Part shown: one piece after another, positions 38,243 to 49,240 of the stretch
Numbering within the stretch: the first letter of the stretch is position 1
Layout of the letters: every line of letters starts with the position of its first letter
From: an uncultured Bacteroidales bacterium
Lineage (GTDB): Bacteria > Bacteroidota > Bacteroidia > Bacteroidales > Bacteroidaceae
Assembly: GCA_902774335.1 (NCBI GenBank)
Contig: CACYHW010000004.1
Location: forward strand, 12,478 to 76,477
DNA: 64,000 bases
Direction: 5' to 3'
Translations under genes and position numbers: made by a program
The notes under the pieces: model-generated
Told to the model about the DNA's origin: nothing
The model's database searches: none
Seen by the model: the letters and a program-made list of their open reading frames with translations, nothing else

Positions 38243-38967
38243 CCGAATACAGTGTCCAGCACCTCGATGGATTTGAGTACCGGGAAGGCCGGTATGTGAA
38301 GACGGAAATAGGTGTTGAGGGCATTGAGCAGCATGACGCGTTCCTGACCAGTCAGGGGCGCGTCTTTTATCTGGTCGTAGTCGCTCTCCATGAGCATGTA
38401 CAGCTTGTAGGAGAGTTGGGCCGACAGGTAGTCGCTGTGGCTGGGCGGGATGGGGCTGAAGCAGCCGTCGCGCATGTCCAGTACGCAGCCGGGCGTGTAT
38501 TCATCGGCATTGGGGCAGATACCTATATGGCTGGCGGTACCTATCATGAAGGCTATGTGATAGTTGGCGTAGGTGCCCGGGGCGGCGGCATCGAACCATT
38601 TGAGCGAGTCGGTCAGGAAACGGTAGAGTCCGGGATTGTTCTGCTCGCCGCGCAGGGCGTGGGTCAGAAACTCCGACAGGAAGAGCGTTATGGCACTCTT
38701 GAGGGGGTTAAATGGGATGTCCCGGTAGGGGAAGGTGTTCTTGGCCTCCTTGATGTGGTGCAGCTCCTGGGTGGGCACGTATTCGGCCTGGAATGTCAGG
38801 TTGGTGAGCGGCTGCAGAAGGGTGTTGCGGGATGCGTTCTTGTTGCTTTTGGAGAGGAACCATATGAAGGGGACCATGCCGTGTGTGCGGGTGAAAATAC
38901 GCGCCACACTGCTGCGGTCGTTATGTCTGACCGCCCCTATCATTATTCCTGACTCCTCTTGCCACAT
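38239..38967 (-). CDS. recO: DNA repair protein RecO
   Basis: 242 aa. N-terminal OB-fold pattern (GIMIGAVRHNDRSSVARIFT...GMVPF) like Bacteroidetes RecO. Stop overlaps the ftsZ stop region. Confidence 0.78.
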   Translation of the reverse strand: MWQEESGIMIGAVRHNDRSSVARIFTRTHGMVPFIWFLSKSNKNASRNTLLQPLTNLTFQAEYVPTQELHHIKEAKNTFPYRDIPFNPLKSAITLFLSEFLTHALRGEQNNPGLYRFLTDSLKWFDAAAPGTYANYHIAFMIGTASHIGICPNADEYTPGCVLDMRDGCFSPIPPSHSDYLSAQLSYKLYMLMESDYDQIKDAPLTGQERVMLLNALNTYFRLHIPAFPVLKSIEVLDTVFG

Positions 38968-39045
38968 TGCTGCAGTTGTTTTGATGACGTGTGCGAAGTT
39001 ATGAATTTTTTTAGGGAGAATGTTTGCCGTTTGGAAAAATGTAAC

Positions 39046-39053
39046 TACTTTTG
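39046..39053 (+). promoter_or_regulatory. Candidate -7 promoter box (TACTTTTG) for tRNA-Glu/rpsT
   Basis: Matches TAnnTTTG, 45 nt upstream of the tRNA-Glu 5' end. Confidence 0.35.
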
Positions 39054-39097
39054 CATCCGCTTTATAGGGCAGCCTTTAGAGGCTTGTCTGAAAGGAT

Positions 39098-39169
39098 GGC
39101 GCGTTCGTATATCGGCTAGTACTCAAGATTTTCATTCTTGCAAGATGAGTTCGACTCTCATACGCGCTA
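39098..39169 (+). tRNA. tRNA-Glu (anticodon TTC)
   Basis: Hand-folded. Acceptor GGCGCGT/ACGCGCT (G1.U72), D arm GTAT-ATCGGCTA-GTAC, anticodon arm CAAGA-TTTTCAT-TCTTG, T arm ATGAG-TTCGACT-CTCAT. 72 nt. Confidence 0.75.
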
Positions 39170-39205
39170 CAAAGTGTAAAATACAAAAATTAAAAAGTTG
39201 TTATA

Positions 39206-39460
39206 ATGGCAAACCACAAATCAGCCTTGAAGGCTATCAGAAAGAGCGAGAAGAGAAGACTTCACAACCGTTATTATGCAAAGACAATGCGTAATGCAGT
39301 TCGTCAGCTTCGCGCTATGACCAACAAGGAGGAGGCAGCTGCTACCTATCCCAAGGTACAGAAGATGCTTGACAAGCTGGCCAAGACCAATCTTATCCAC
39401 AAGAACAAGGCCGCTAACCTCAAGTCAAAGCTCTGCGCTCACATCGCTAAGCTCGCGTAA
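39206..39460 (+). CDS. rpsT: 30S ribosomal protein S20
   Basis: 84 aa. [22 protein letters not shown]..., basic and helical. Confidence 0.93.
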   Translation: MANHKSALKAIRKSEKRRLHNRYYAKTMRNAVRQLRAMTNKEEAAATYPKVQKMLDKLAKTNLIHKNKAANLKSKLCAHIAKLA

Positions 39461-39491
39461 GGAACTTTTCCAGGTTTCTAGAATCGTCTAC

Positions 39492-39519
39492 AGGTTGGAA
39501 GCAATTCCGACCTTTTTTT
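39492..39519 (+). terminator. Rho-independent terminator after rpsT
   Basis: aggttggaa-gcaa-ttccgacct (GNRA-type loop) followed by a T7 run. Confidence 0.65.
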
Positions 39520-39554
39520 GTTTCAAAGTGCACAGAGGTTTCCAGTTGCACCCA

Positions 39555-39600
39555 GTAACAATAAACCCTGACAGCGAAGCCCGTCAGGGTTTATTGTTAC
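39555..39600. repeat. 18-bp perfect inverted repeat (large hairpin)
   Basis: gtaacaataaaccctgac-[10-nt loop]-gtcagggtttattgttac. No adjacent T-run. Confidence 0.7.
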
Positions 39601-39793
39601 CCGGCCGGAGGCCGGCAGAGTGAAGCGGGACATTGTCCCGCGAAACGGGTTTGGGGCGTCGCCGCCCCAAACTAAAAAAATGTCGTGAATCTAATACGTA
39701 GATAAGTTTCCATCCAACGACTTTTTAGGCCCCAAGGGCCATAAAAGTCAAAAATAACCGAGCGGCGAAGCCGCGAGCATCGGCCGGATGGCC

Positions 39794-41914
<2,121 letters not shown>

Positions 41915-41927
41915 TTATACAAGAAAA

Positions 41928-42503
41928 ATGAATACTAAAGTACCTGTCGGAAAGAAAATCCGCTCTCTGAGGGAGTCTAAACAGATGGAGATTGAGGTGC
42001 TGGCCGAGCGCGCACAGCTTACCGTGGAACAAATCAAGGCTATTGAGGAAGACGGCCCGCTGCCGGGTCTGGCTCCCCTTATCAAGATAGCAAGAGTACT
42101 GGGTGTCCGTCTGGGTACTTTCCTTGATGACCAGCAGAGCGTGGGCGCAGTTGTAAGCCGCGCCGAGGAGGAACACGAGAGCGTAAGGTTCTCCAACCAT
42201 GCATCGGGCGGTCACGAGAACATGATATACCATTCACTCTCAGACGGCAAGGACAACCGCCATCTGGAGCCTTTCGTAATAGATATCCTGCCTAACGAGA
42301 ATCCCAAGTTCGACCTCTCTACCCACGAGGGTGAGGAGTTCATCTACGTGCTGGAGGGTCAGGTTGAGATCAACTACGGCAAGACCACCTATGTTCTTGA
42401 CAAGGGTGACAGCATCTACTACGATTCAATAGTCAAGCATCACGTACACGGCTACAACGGCCAGAAGGCCCGTATCCTTGCAGTCGTTTACACTCCCATC
42501 TGA
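41928..42503 (+). CDS. XRE-family HTH regulator with C-terminal cupin domain (copy 1)
   Basis: N-terminal HTH ([33 protein letters not shown]). C-terminal cupin ([15 protein letters not shown]...GDSIYYDS...H). Confidence 0.8.
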   Translation: MNTKVPVGKKIRSLRESKQMEIEVLAERAQLTVEQIKAIEEDGPLPGLAPLIKIARVLGVRLGTFLDDQQSVGAVVSRAEEEHESVRFSNHASGGHENMIYHSLSDGKDNRHLEPFVIDILPNENPKFDLSTHEGEEFIYVLEGQVEINYGKTTYVLDKGDSIYYDSIVKHHVHGYNGQKARILAVVYTPI

Positions 42504-42508
42504 TCTTT

Positions 42509-44161
42509 ATGTACCAGTTATCAGAAAGAACACTCGGAGACTGGCTCGAGCATTGGGCACAGGTCTCACCTGACAAGGAGTACATCGTATATTCGGACCG
42601 TGACCTTCGTTTTACCTGGAAACAGTTCAACGAGAGGGTCGATGACATGGCACGCGGTCTGATTGCCATCGGCGTGACACGTGGAAGTCATGTAGGTCTG
42701 TGGGCCCAGAACGTGCCTGACTGGCTTACATTCCTGTATGCCTGCGCCAAGATCGGTGCAGTGTGTATCACAGTGAACACCAACTACAAGCAGAACGAGC
42801 TTGAGTATCTGGTGGAGAACTCCGACATGCACACCCTGTGCCTTACCGACGGCACATGGGAGAGTAACTACGTTGATATGGCTTACACCATGCTTCCCGA
42901 GCTGCGCCAGTGCGAGCGCGGTCACCTGGATAGCAAGCGTTTCCCCAGACTCAAGAACGTGGTTTACATAGGTCAGGAGAAATACCGCGGAATGTATAAC
43001 ACCGCCGAGATACTTTTGCTTGGCGAGAATACCGAGGACGATGAATTCCAGCGTCTGCGCAAGGCTGTTACCTGCCATGACGTTGTGAACATGCAGTATA
43101 CATCGGGTACCACAGGATTCCCCAAGGGAGTCATGCTTACCCACTACAATATCGCTAACGACGGCTTCCTGACAGGTGAGCACATGAAGTTCACCCAGGA
43201 CGACAAGCTGTGTGTCTGCGTACCTCTGTTCCACTGCTTCGGCGTGGTTCTGGCAACCATGAACTGCCTTACTCACGGTTGCACCGAGGTGGTTGTGGAG
43301 CGCTTTGATCCGCTGGTTACCCTGGCATCGGTCCACAAGGAGCGTTGCACCGCGCTTTACGGTGTGCCTACCATGTTCATTGCCGAACTGAACCACCCCA
43401 TGTTCGATATGTTTGACCTCTCTTGCCTGCGTACAGGTATCATGGCCGGTTCGCTCTGTCCTATTGAGCTGATGCGTAAGGTTGAGGAGAAGATGTTCCT
43501 GCGCGTTACAAGCGTTTACGGCCTTACCGAGTCGTCGCCCGGAATGAGCCAGACCCGCATAGACGATCCCGATGAGGTACGTTACACAACAGTGGGACGC
43601 GACTATGAGTTTGTGGACGTCAAGGTGCTGGATCCCGAGACCAACAAGGAGGTTCCCGCAGGTACTCAGGGTGAGATGTGCTGCAAGGGCTTCAACGTGA
43701 TGAAGGGTTACTACAAGAACCCGGAGGCTACCGCCGAGGTCATTGACGAGAACGGATACCTGCACTCAGGTGACCTGGGTATCATGGACGAGAACGGCAA
43801 CTACCGCATTACCGGACGTATCAAGGATATGATCATCCGCGGCGGTGAGAATATATATCCGCGTGAGATCGAGGAGTTCCTCTATCATCTGCCCGGCGTA
43901 CGCGACGTGCAGGTGGCAGGCGTACCCTCCAAGAAATACGGTGAGGAGGTTGGCGCATTCATCATCCTTGACGAGGGCGCAAGCCTGACCGAGGAGGAGG
44001 TGCGTGACTGGTGCCGCGGCAAGATTGCCCGTTACAAGATCCCCAAATATGTATTCTTTGTAAAGGAGTACCCGCTTACAGGCAGCGGTAAGATTCAGAA
44101 ATTCAAGCTTCGTGAGCTCAGCCTCAAGCTCTGCGCGGAGAAAGGTATAGAAGTAATCTGA
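42509..44161 (+). CDS. AMP-forming acyl-CoA ligase (FadD-like adenylate-forming enzyme)
   Basis: 550 aa. Core motifs [33 protein letters not shown] and GKIQKF. Confidence 0.85.
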   Translation: MYQLSERTLGDWLEHWAQVSPDKEYIVYSDRDLRFTWKQFNERVDDMARGLIAIGVTRGSHVGLWAQNVPDWLTFLYACAKIGAVCITVNTNYKQNELEYLVENSDMHTLCLTDGTWESNYVDMAYTMLPELRQCERGHLDSKRFPRLKNVVYIGQEKYRGMYNTAEILLLGENTEDDEFQRLRKAVTCHDVVNMQYTSGTTGFPKGVMLTHYNIANDGFLTGEHMKFTQDDKLCVCVPLFHCFGVVLATMNCLTHGCTEVVVERFDPLVTLASVHKERCTALYGVPTMFIAELNHPMFDMFDLSCLRTGIMAGSLCPIELMRKVEEKMFLRVTSVYGLTESSPGMSQTRIDDPDEVRYTTVGRDYEFVDVKVLDPETNKEVPAGTQGEMCCKGFNVMKGYYKNPEATAEVIDENGYLHSGDLGIMDENGNYRITGRIKDMIIRGGENIYPREIEEFLYHLPGVRDVQVAGVPSKKYGEEVGAFIILDEGASLTEEEVRDWCRGKIARYKIPKYVFFVKEYPLTGSGKIQKFKLRELSLKLCAEKGIEVI

Positions 44162-44162
44162 T

Positions 44163-44720
44163 ATGGAAATCAACGAACAGATTAAGCAGATGGCCATGCG
44201 TCTTCGCGGACTGCGCGAGGATCTGGAGATGACAGTCGAGGAGGTTGCCTCAAAGTGCGGCATCACTCCTGATGAGTTGAAGAGATACGAGTCCGGCGAA
44301 TCGGACATTCCCATGAACTTCCTGTGCAACGCCGCAGCAGTATTCGGTGTAGAGCCTCTTGAACTCTTTGCCGGCGATGCTCCCACTATGAGCAGTTACT
44401 GGCTGGTACGCAAGGGCAAGGGTCCGGTTATCGAGCGTCAGAAAGCATATAAATACCAGGCTCTGGCCATGGGATTCAAGCACGCCAAGGCATCGCCCTT
44501 TATCGTGACCGTCGATCCCAAGATGGAGGACCAGATGCACCTGAACTCACATGAGGGTCAGGAGTTCAACCTGGTGCTCAAGGGCACACTGCTTCTGAGC
44601 ATCGGCGGAAAGGAACTCACTCTGAATCCCGGCGACAGCATATACTTTGATTCAACACAGCCTCATGGCATGAGGGCTCTTAACGGTGAACCCGCAAGAT
44701 TCCTGGCCATCATATTCTAA
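44163..44720 (+). CDS. XRE-family HTH regulator with C-terminal cupin domain (copy 2)
   Basis: Paralogous to copy 1 (HEGQEFNLVLKG..., GDSIYFDS...H). Starts 1 nt after the ligase stop. Confidence 0.8.
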   Translation: MEINEQIKQMAMRLRGLREDLEMTVEEVASKCGITPDELKRYESGESDIPMNFLCNAAAVFGVEPLELFAGDAPTMSSYWLVRKGKGPVIERQKAYKYQALAMGFKHAKASPFIVTVDPKMEDQMHLNSHEGQEFNLVLKGTLLLSIGGKELTLNPGDSIYFDSTQPHGMRALNGEPARFLAIIF

Positions 44721-44725
44721 GAAAC

Positions 44726-46383
44726 ATGTTAGAGAAATACCTGAAGAAAGTCGAATTCGATTCACTGGAGGATTTCCAGAAGAATTTTGAGATAATCGTT
44801 CCTGACAACTTCAACTTCGGCTATGATGTAGTCGACGAGTGGGCCAGGACAAATCCCGACAAACTGGCACTGCTCTGGACCAACGACGAGGGTGCCGAGA
44901 CACGTTATACATTTGCCGACATCAAGCGTAAGAGTGACCAGGTGGCAGCCTTCTACCAGTCACTGGGCATCGGCCGCGGAGACTGCGTGATGATGATGCT
45001 CAAGCGCCGCGCCGAGTTCTGGTTCTCAATCGTAGCCCTGCATAAGCTGGGTGCCGTGGCAATCTGCTCACCCCCAAGGACCTCATCTACCGCGCCAACT
45101 CAGCCCAGATCAAGATGATTGTAAGTGCCGATGAGCCCATCATGATACAACATGTGAATGACTGCCTCAAGGATTCACCGTCGGTCAAGGTGCTGGTTGC
45201 TACCGGTTCATACAACAAGGACGGCTGGCACAGCATGGACGAGGGTATGAAGAACGCTCCTGAGTTCCATCGCCCCGAGCATGTGAATGACAACCACGAT
45301 ATTTCACTTCTGTACTTTACATCGGGCTCAAGCGGTAACCCCAAGATGGTGGCTCACAACTTCCTCTATCCTCTGGGACATATCGTTACCGCCAAGTACT
45401 GGCACAACGTAAATGAGCAGAGCCTGCATCTTACCGTAGCCGATACCGGTTGGGGTAAGGCCGTATGGGGCAAGCTCTACGGACAGTGGCTGTCAGGTGC
45501 AGCAGTGTTCGTTTATGACCATGAGAAGTTCACTCCCGCCAATATACTGGCTGCAATGGCTAAGTACCGCGTGACATCATTCTGCGCTCCCCCCACAATC
45601 TACCGTTATCTGATTCGTGAGGACCTGAGCCAGTATGACCTGAGCGCACTCAAGTACTGCACCACCGCAGGCGAGCCGCTCAACCCCAGCGTATTTGAGT
45701 TCTGGAAAGAGCATACCGGACTGGATATCCACGAGGGATTCGGTCAGACCGAGACAGCCATGACCATCGGCACATTCCCCTGGATGACTCCCAAACCCGG
45801 TTCACTGGGTGTACCCAACCCCGCATATGACATGGACCTTCTCACCAATGACGGCCGTTCCGCCGAGGACGGTGAGAGCGGTGAGATTATCCTGCATACC
45901 GATAAGCGCCTACCGCTGGGCCTGTTTGAGGAGTATTACCACAATCCTGAACTCACCAAGACCGTACACAACAACGGAATCTACCATACCGGCGATGTTG
46001 CATGGCGTGACGGTGACGGCTACTACTGGTTCGTAGGCCGTACCGATGACGTTATCAAGAGCTCCGGCTACCGCATCGGACCGTTCGAGGTTGAGAGCGC
46101 CCTGATGACTCACCCCGCAGTAGTTGAGTGCGCCGTAACAGGCGTTCCCGACGAAGTCCGCGGTCAGGTAGTCAAGGCTACAATAATCCTTGCCAAGGAG
46201 TATAAGGATGTCCCGGATAAGGAGGCCCTTATCAAAGACATCCAAAACCACGTAAAGAAAGTATCCGCCCCCTACAAATATCCCCGCGTAGTGGAATTCG
46301 TGGACGAACTTCCCAAAACTATTAGCGGTAAGATTAAGCGCGTGGAGATTCGTAATAAGGATGCGAATAAAATTGAAAATTGA
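44726..46383 (+). pseudogene. AMP-forming acyl-CoA synthetase (medium-chain/acetyl-CoA-synthetase-like), reading frame broken near 45062-45066
   Basis: The N-terminal 113 residues are in one frame (to ...LHKLGAVAI) and the rest is in the -1 frame (LLTPKDLIYRANSAQIKMIVSADE...). Motifs FTSGSSGNPKMV, TGD and GKIKR are in the second part. Confidence 0.7.
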
Positions 46384-46537
46384 GAATTCTTTCAGTCGCT
46401 TCGCTTTGTGAAAGCGTCCCTTCGGGCCGAGCGGAAAATTGAGAATTAATACGCAGAACCTGCGTATATTCCGTGACATAAAAAAGTCCTTACGATGTAT
46501 TCGCAAGGACTTTTTCAATTTTCAATTCTCAATTCTC
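46371..46537. repeat. Second GARAATT heptamer element (direct and inverted arrays) between convergent genes
   Basis: gaaaatt gagaatt at 46375-46388 and again at 46434-46447. Inverted aattttc aattctc aattctc at 46517-46537. 12-mer agaacctgcgta at 46455-46466. Confidence 0.8.
46481..46515. terminator. Bidirectional hairpin terminator between the ligase pseudogene and the oxidoreductase operon
   Basis: aaaaagtcctt-[13-nt loop]-aaggacttttt, with A and T runs forming the outer stem. Confidence 0.6.
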
Positions 46538-47072
46538 ACTTTACAAGCTCCATTCCGGCCTTGATGGCCTTCTCATTAAGAGGCAGGTATTTCCAGTTGC
46601 GCTCCGATACGGAGTGCTTGATACCTTCCATAACGTACTCCACATCCAGGATGGGGCGGATCTTCATGAACGCTCCAAGCAGGAACATGTTGGCAACCTT
46701 AGAGGCGTTGATCTTGGCAGCCTCCTCGATGGCCTTGATGGGGTAGATGGTTATATCGGTACGTGTGGGCTTGCGGGTGATGGTGCTGGGGGTGTAGATG
46801 AGTACGCCACCGGGCTTTACCATCGGCTCGAACTTGTCCATGGACTGCTGGTTCAGTATGATAGCGGTGCTGAACTTCTGCAGGATAGGTGAGCTGATGC
46901 GGCTGTCACTCAGGATAACCGTTACGTTTGCTGTACCTCCGCGGATTTCAGGACCGTATGACGGCATCCACGACACTTCCAGACCCTGCATCAGGCCTGA
47001 GTATGCAATTATCTTACCCATTGAGAGGACACCCTGTCCTCCGAATCCGGCTATGATTATCTCTTCTGTCAT
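46536..47072 (-). CDS. 2-oxoacid:ferredoxin oxidoreductase, gamma subunit
   Basis: 178 aa. N-terminal IIAGFGGQGVLSMGK motif typical of OFOR gamma. Last gene of a four-gene operon. Confidence 0.85.
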   Translation of the reverse strand: MTEEIIIAGFGGQGVLSMGKIIAYSGLMQGLEVSWMPSYGPEIRGGTANVTVILSDSRISSPILQKFSTAIILNQQSMDKFEPMVKPGGVLIYTPSTITRKPTRTDITIYPIKAIEEAAKINASKVANMFLLGAFMKIRPILDVEYVMEGIKHSVSERNWKYLPLNEKAIKAGMELVK

Positions 47073-47087
47073 GATTGTACCTCCTTA

Positions 47088-47894
47088 TTATCTGGGTGCG
47101 TTCATGTCCATGACAAGTTTGCCATCGACCTTGATATCGCCCAGAGGATATTTCTTGAACATGTTCTCAACCATCCAGTCATTGGCGGCCTTAGGTGTGA
47201 GACCCCAGCCTGAGTTACAGTTGGAAACAACCTCAACGATTGATGTCCCCTTCTTGTCACGCTGGTTCTCGAAAGCCTGACGCAGAGCCTTCTTGAGCTT
47301 GCGTACGTTGCCGGGAGTGTGAACTGAATGACGTGTTACGTAGCATACACCGTCCAGCTGAGCAAGCAGCGGGGTGATGTTGAGCGGGTAACCCATGGTC
47401 TTGACGTCACGGCCGCGGGGGCAGGTGGTGGTCTTCATTCCCTCCAGAGTGGTGGGAGCCATCTGACCGCCGGTCATTCCGTATATACCGTTGTTGATGA
47501 ATACAATCACGATGTTCTCGCCGCGGTTGCAGGCGTGCATGGTCTCACCGGTGCCGATGGCTGCAAGGTCACCGTCACCCTGGTAGGTGAATACGAACTT
47601 GTCGGGCTGCACGCGCTTGATGCCGGTAGCAACGGCGCATGCGCGACCGTGAGCGGCCTCAACCACATCGAACTTATAGAAGTCATAGAGGAACACTGAA
47701 CAGCCTACAGGTGAGATACCAATAACGTCATGCTCAATGCCCATCTCCTCGATAACCTCGGCAATGGTGCGAACAACAACGCCGTGGCCGCAGCCGGGGC
47801 AGAAGTTGAACGTCTTTTCGGACATCAGACGGCTTTTCTGATATACCAGATTTTCAGGTTTGATTATATCGTTTACTTCCATCGCTGTGCTCAT
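47088..47894 (-). CDS. 2-oxoacid:ferredoxin oxidoreductase, beta (TPP-binding) subunit
   Basis: 268 aa. CPGCGHG cluster-ligand region and TPP motif GDGDLAAIG...NNGIYGMTGGQ. Confidence 0.88.
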   Translation of the reverse strand: MSTAMEVNDIIKPENLVYQKSRLMSEKTFNFCPGCGHGVVVRTIAEVIEEMGIEHDVIGISPVGCSVFLYDFYKFDVVEAAHGRACAVATGIKRVQPDKFVFTYQGDGDLAAIGTGETMHACNRGENIVIVFINNGIYGMTGGQMAPTTLEGMKTTTCPRGRDVKTMGYPLNITPLLAQLDGVCYVTRHSVHTPGNVRKLKKALRQAFENQRDKKGTSIVEVVSNCNSGWGLTPKAANDWMVENMFKKYPLGDIKVDGKLVMDMNAPR

Positions 47895-48970
47895 TTGATA
47901 TTAAAGTAATTGTAGAGAGCTGTCTCAATCTCCTCGGGTGTGGGAACCATACCGCCCAAACGGCCAAAGAAACCTACGGGCTTGCGGCCCTCTACTGCCA
48001 GACGTATATCCTCGATCATCTGACCGGCGCTGAGCTCTACAGACATGAAGCCTTTGATACGGTCGTTGTTTGACAGCTCGCGGATCTGGTCGTAGGGGAA
48101 AGGATAGAGTGAGATGGGGCGGAACAGACCGATCTTGTGGCCCTTGGCGCGTGCCAGCTCAATGCTCTTCTGTGCTATACGGGCAATGATACCGAAGGCT
48201 ACAATTACGTAGTCGGCGTCATCGCACTGGATCATTTCGTAACGGACCTCGTTCTTCTCCATATCGCGGTACTTCTTCTGCAGACGGATGTTAACCAGCT
48301 CGTGCTCCTGCGGCAGCAGGTTCAGAGAGGTAACGAAACGGCGCTCCTTGCCTACGGGGGTACCGTTGGTAGCCCAATCGGGATACTCGGTCATGCGGGG
48401 ACGCTGGGCGGGCAGATAGATCTTTTCCATCATCTGACCCAGAGCGCCGTCGGCAAGGATCATTGTCGGGTTGCGGTACTTGAACGCAAGGTCAAAGCCC
48501 AGTGCAATGAAATCGGCCAGCTCCTGTACCGATGAGGGAGCCAGTGTGAGCAGCTTGTAGTCACCGTGGCCGCCGCCCTTTACAGTCTGGAAATAGTCAG
48601 CCTGGCTGGGCTGGATGGTACCCAGACCGGGACCTCCACGTGATACGTTTATAAGCAGACAGGGCAGCTCGGCACCTGCCAGATATGATATACCTTCTGC
48701 CATCAGGCTGATACCGGGGCTTGAAGATGAAGTCATAACCCTGTGACCAGTCGATGCGCCGCCATAGACCATGTTGATGGCGGAAACTTCACTCTCTGCC
48801 TGGAGTACTGCCATGCCTGTGCGGGCTGTGGCATCGGTCTCCATCAGATACTCCATTACCTCCGTCTGCGGAGTGATGGGGTAACCGTAAAAGGCATCGG
48901 CGCCGGCGCGGATAGCGGCCTCGGCAATCGCCTCATTGCCTTTCATAAGTCTCATTTCTCTTTCTTCCAT
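47891..48970 (-). CDS. 2-oxoacid:ferredoxin oxidoreductase, alpha subunit (VorB/KorA-like)
   Basis: 359 aa. MKGNEAIAEAAIRAGADAFYGYPITPQTE N-terminus typical of OFOR alpha. 4-nt overlap with beta. Confidence 0.88.
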   Translation of the reverse strand: MEEREMRLMKGNEAIAEAAIRAGADAFYGYPITPQTEVMEYLMETDATARTGMAVLQAESEVSAINMVYGGASTGHRVMTSSSSPGISLMAEGISYLAGAELPCLLINVSRGGPGLGTIQPSQADYFQTVKGGGHGDYKLLTLAPSSVQELADFIALGFDLAFKYRNPTMILADGALGQMMEKIYLPAQRPRMTEYPDWATNGTPVGKERRFVTSLNLLPQEHELVNIRLQKKYRDMEKNEVRYEMIQCDDADYVIVAFGIIARIAQKSIELARAKGHKIGLFRPISLYPFPYDQIRELSNNDRIKGFMSVELSAGQMIEDIRLAVEGRKPVGFFGRLGGMVPTPEEIETALYNYFNIK

Positions 48971-48972
48971 AA

Positions 48973-49203
48973 TTACTCCTCTACTTTTACCCTATAGACC
49001 GAAATTACTCCGTCAGGGCAGATAATGCCGCAGTTAGTACAACCTACGCATGCCTCGGGGTTGGCCATGTAGGCATAGTGGTAACCCTTGCTGTTGACTG
49101 CCTCGGACATACCCAGAACCTGCTTGTCGCAGGTGGATACGCACAGTTCACAGCCTTTGCAACGCTCGTTGTCAACTGTTACAGCACCTCTAATTTTTGC
49201 CAT
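48973..49203 (-). CDS. 4Fe-4S dicluster ferredoxin-like delta subunit
   Basis: 76 aa. [11 protein letters not shown] and [12 protein letters not shown] motifs. Confidence 0.88.
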   Translation of the reverse strand: MAKIRGAVTVDNERCKGCELCVSTCDKQVLGMSEAVNSKGYHYAYMANPEACVGCTNCGIICPDGVISVYRVKVEE

Positions 49204-49240
49204 GATAAATAATTGTTGTTGGTATGATTATTGGTATATG

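Noticed and set aside
38296-38952. 218-aa plus-strand ORF covering the recO locus
   Set aside because: The minus-strand translation matches the RecO N-terminal pattern and is flanked sensibly by ftsZ and tRNA-Glu. The plus-strand product is G/V/A-rich with no motif.
38959-39294. 111-aa plus-strand ORF spanning tRNA-Glu and the start of rpsT
   Set aside because: It runs through a well-folding tRNA gene and out of frame into rpsT, so it is not credible as coding.
42566-43765. 399-aa minus-strand ORF antisense to the first acyl-CoA ligase
   Set aside because: Shadow ORF inside a gene that carries all the adenylate-forming motifs. It has no motifs of its own and no plausible promoter or start context.
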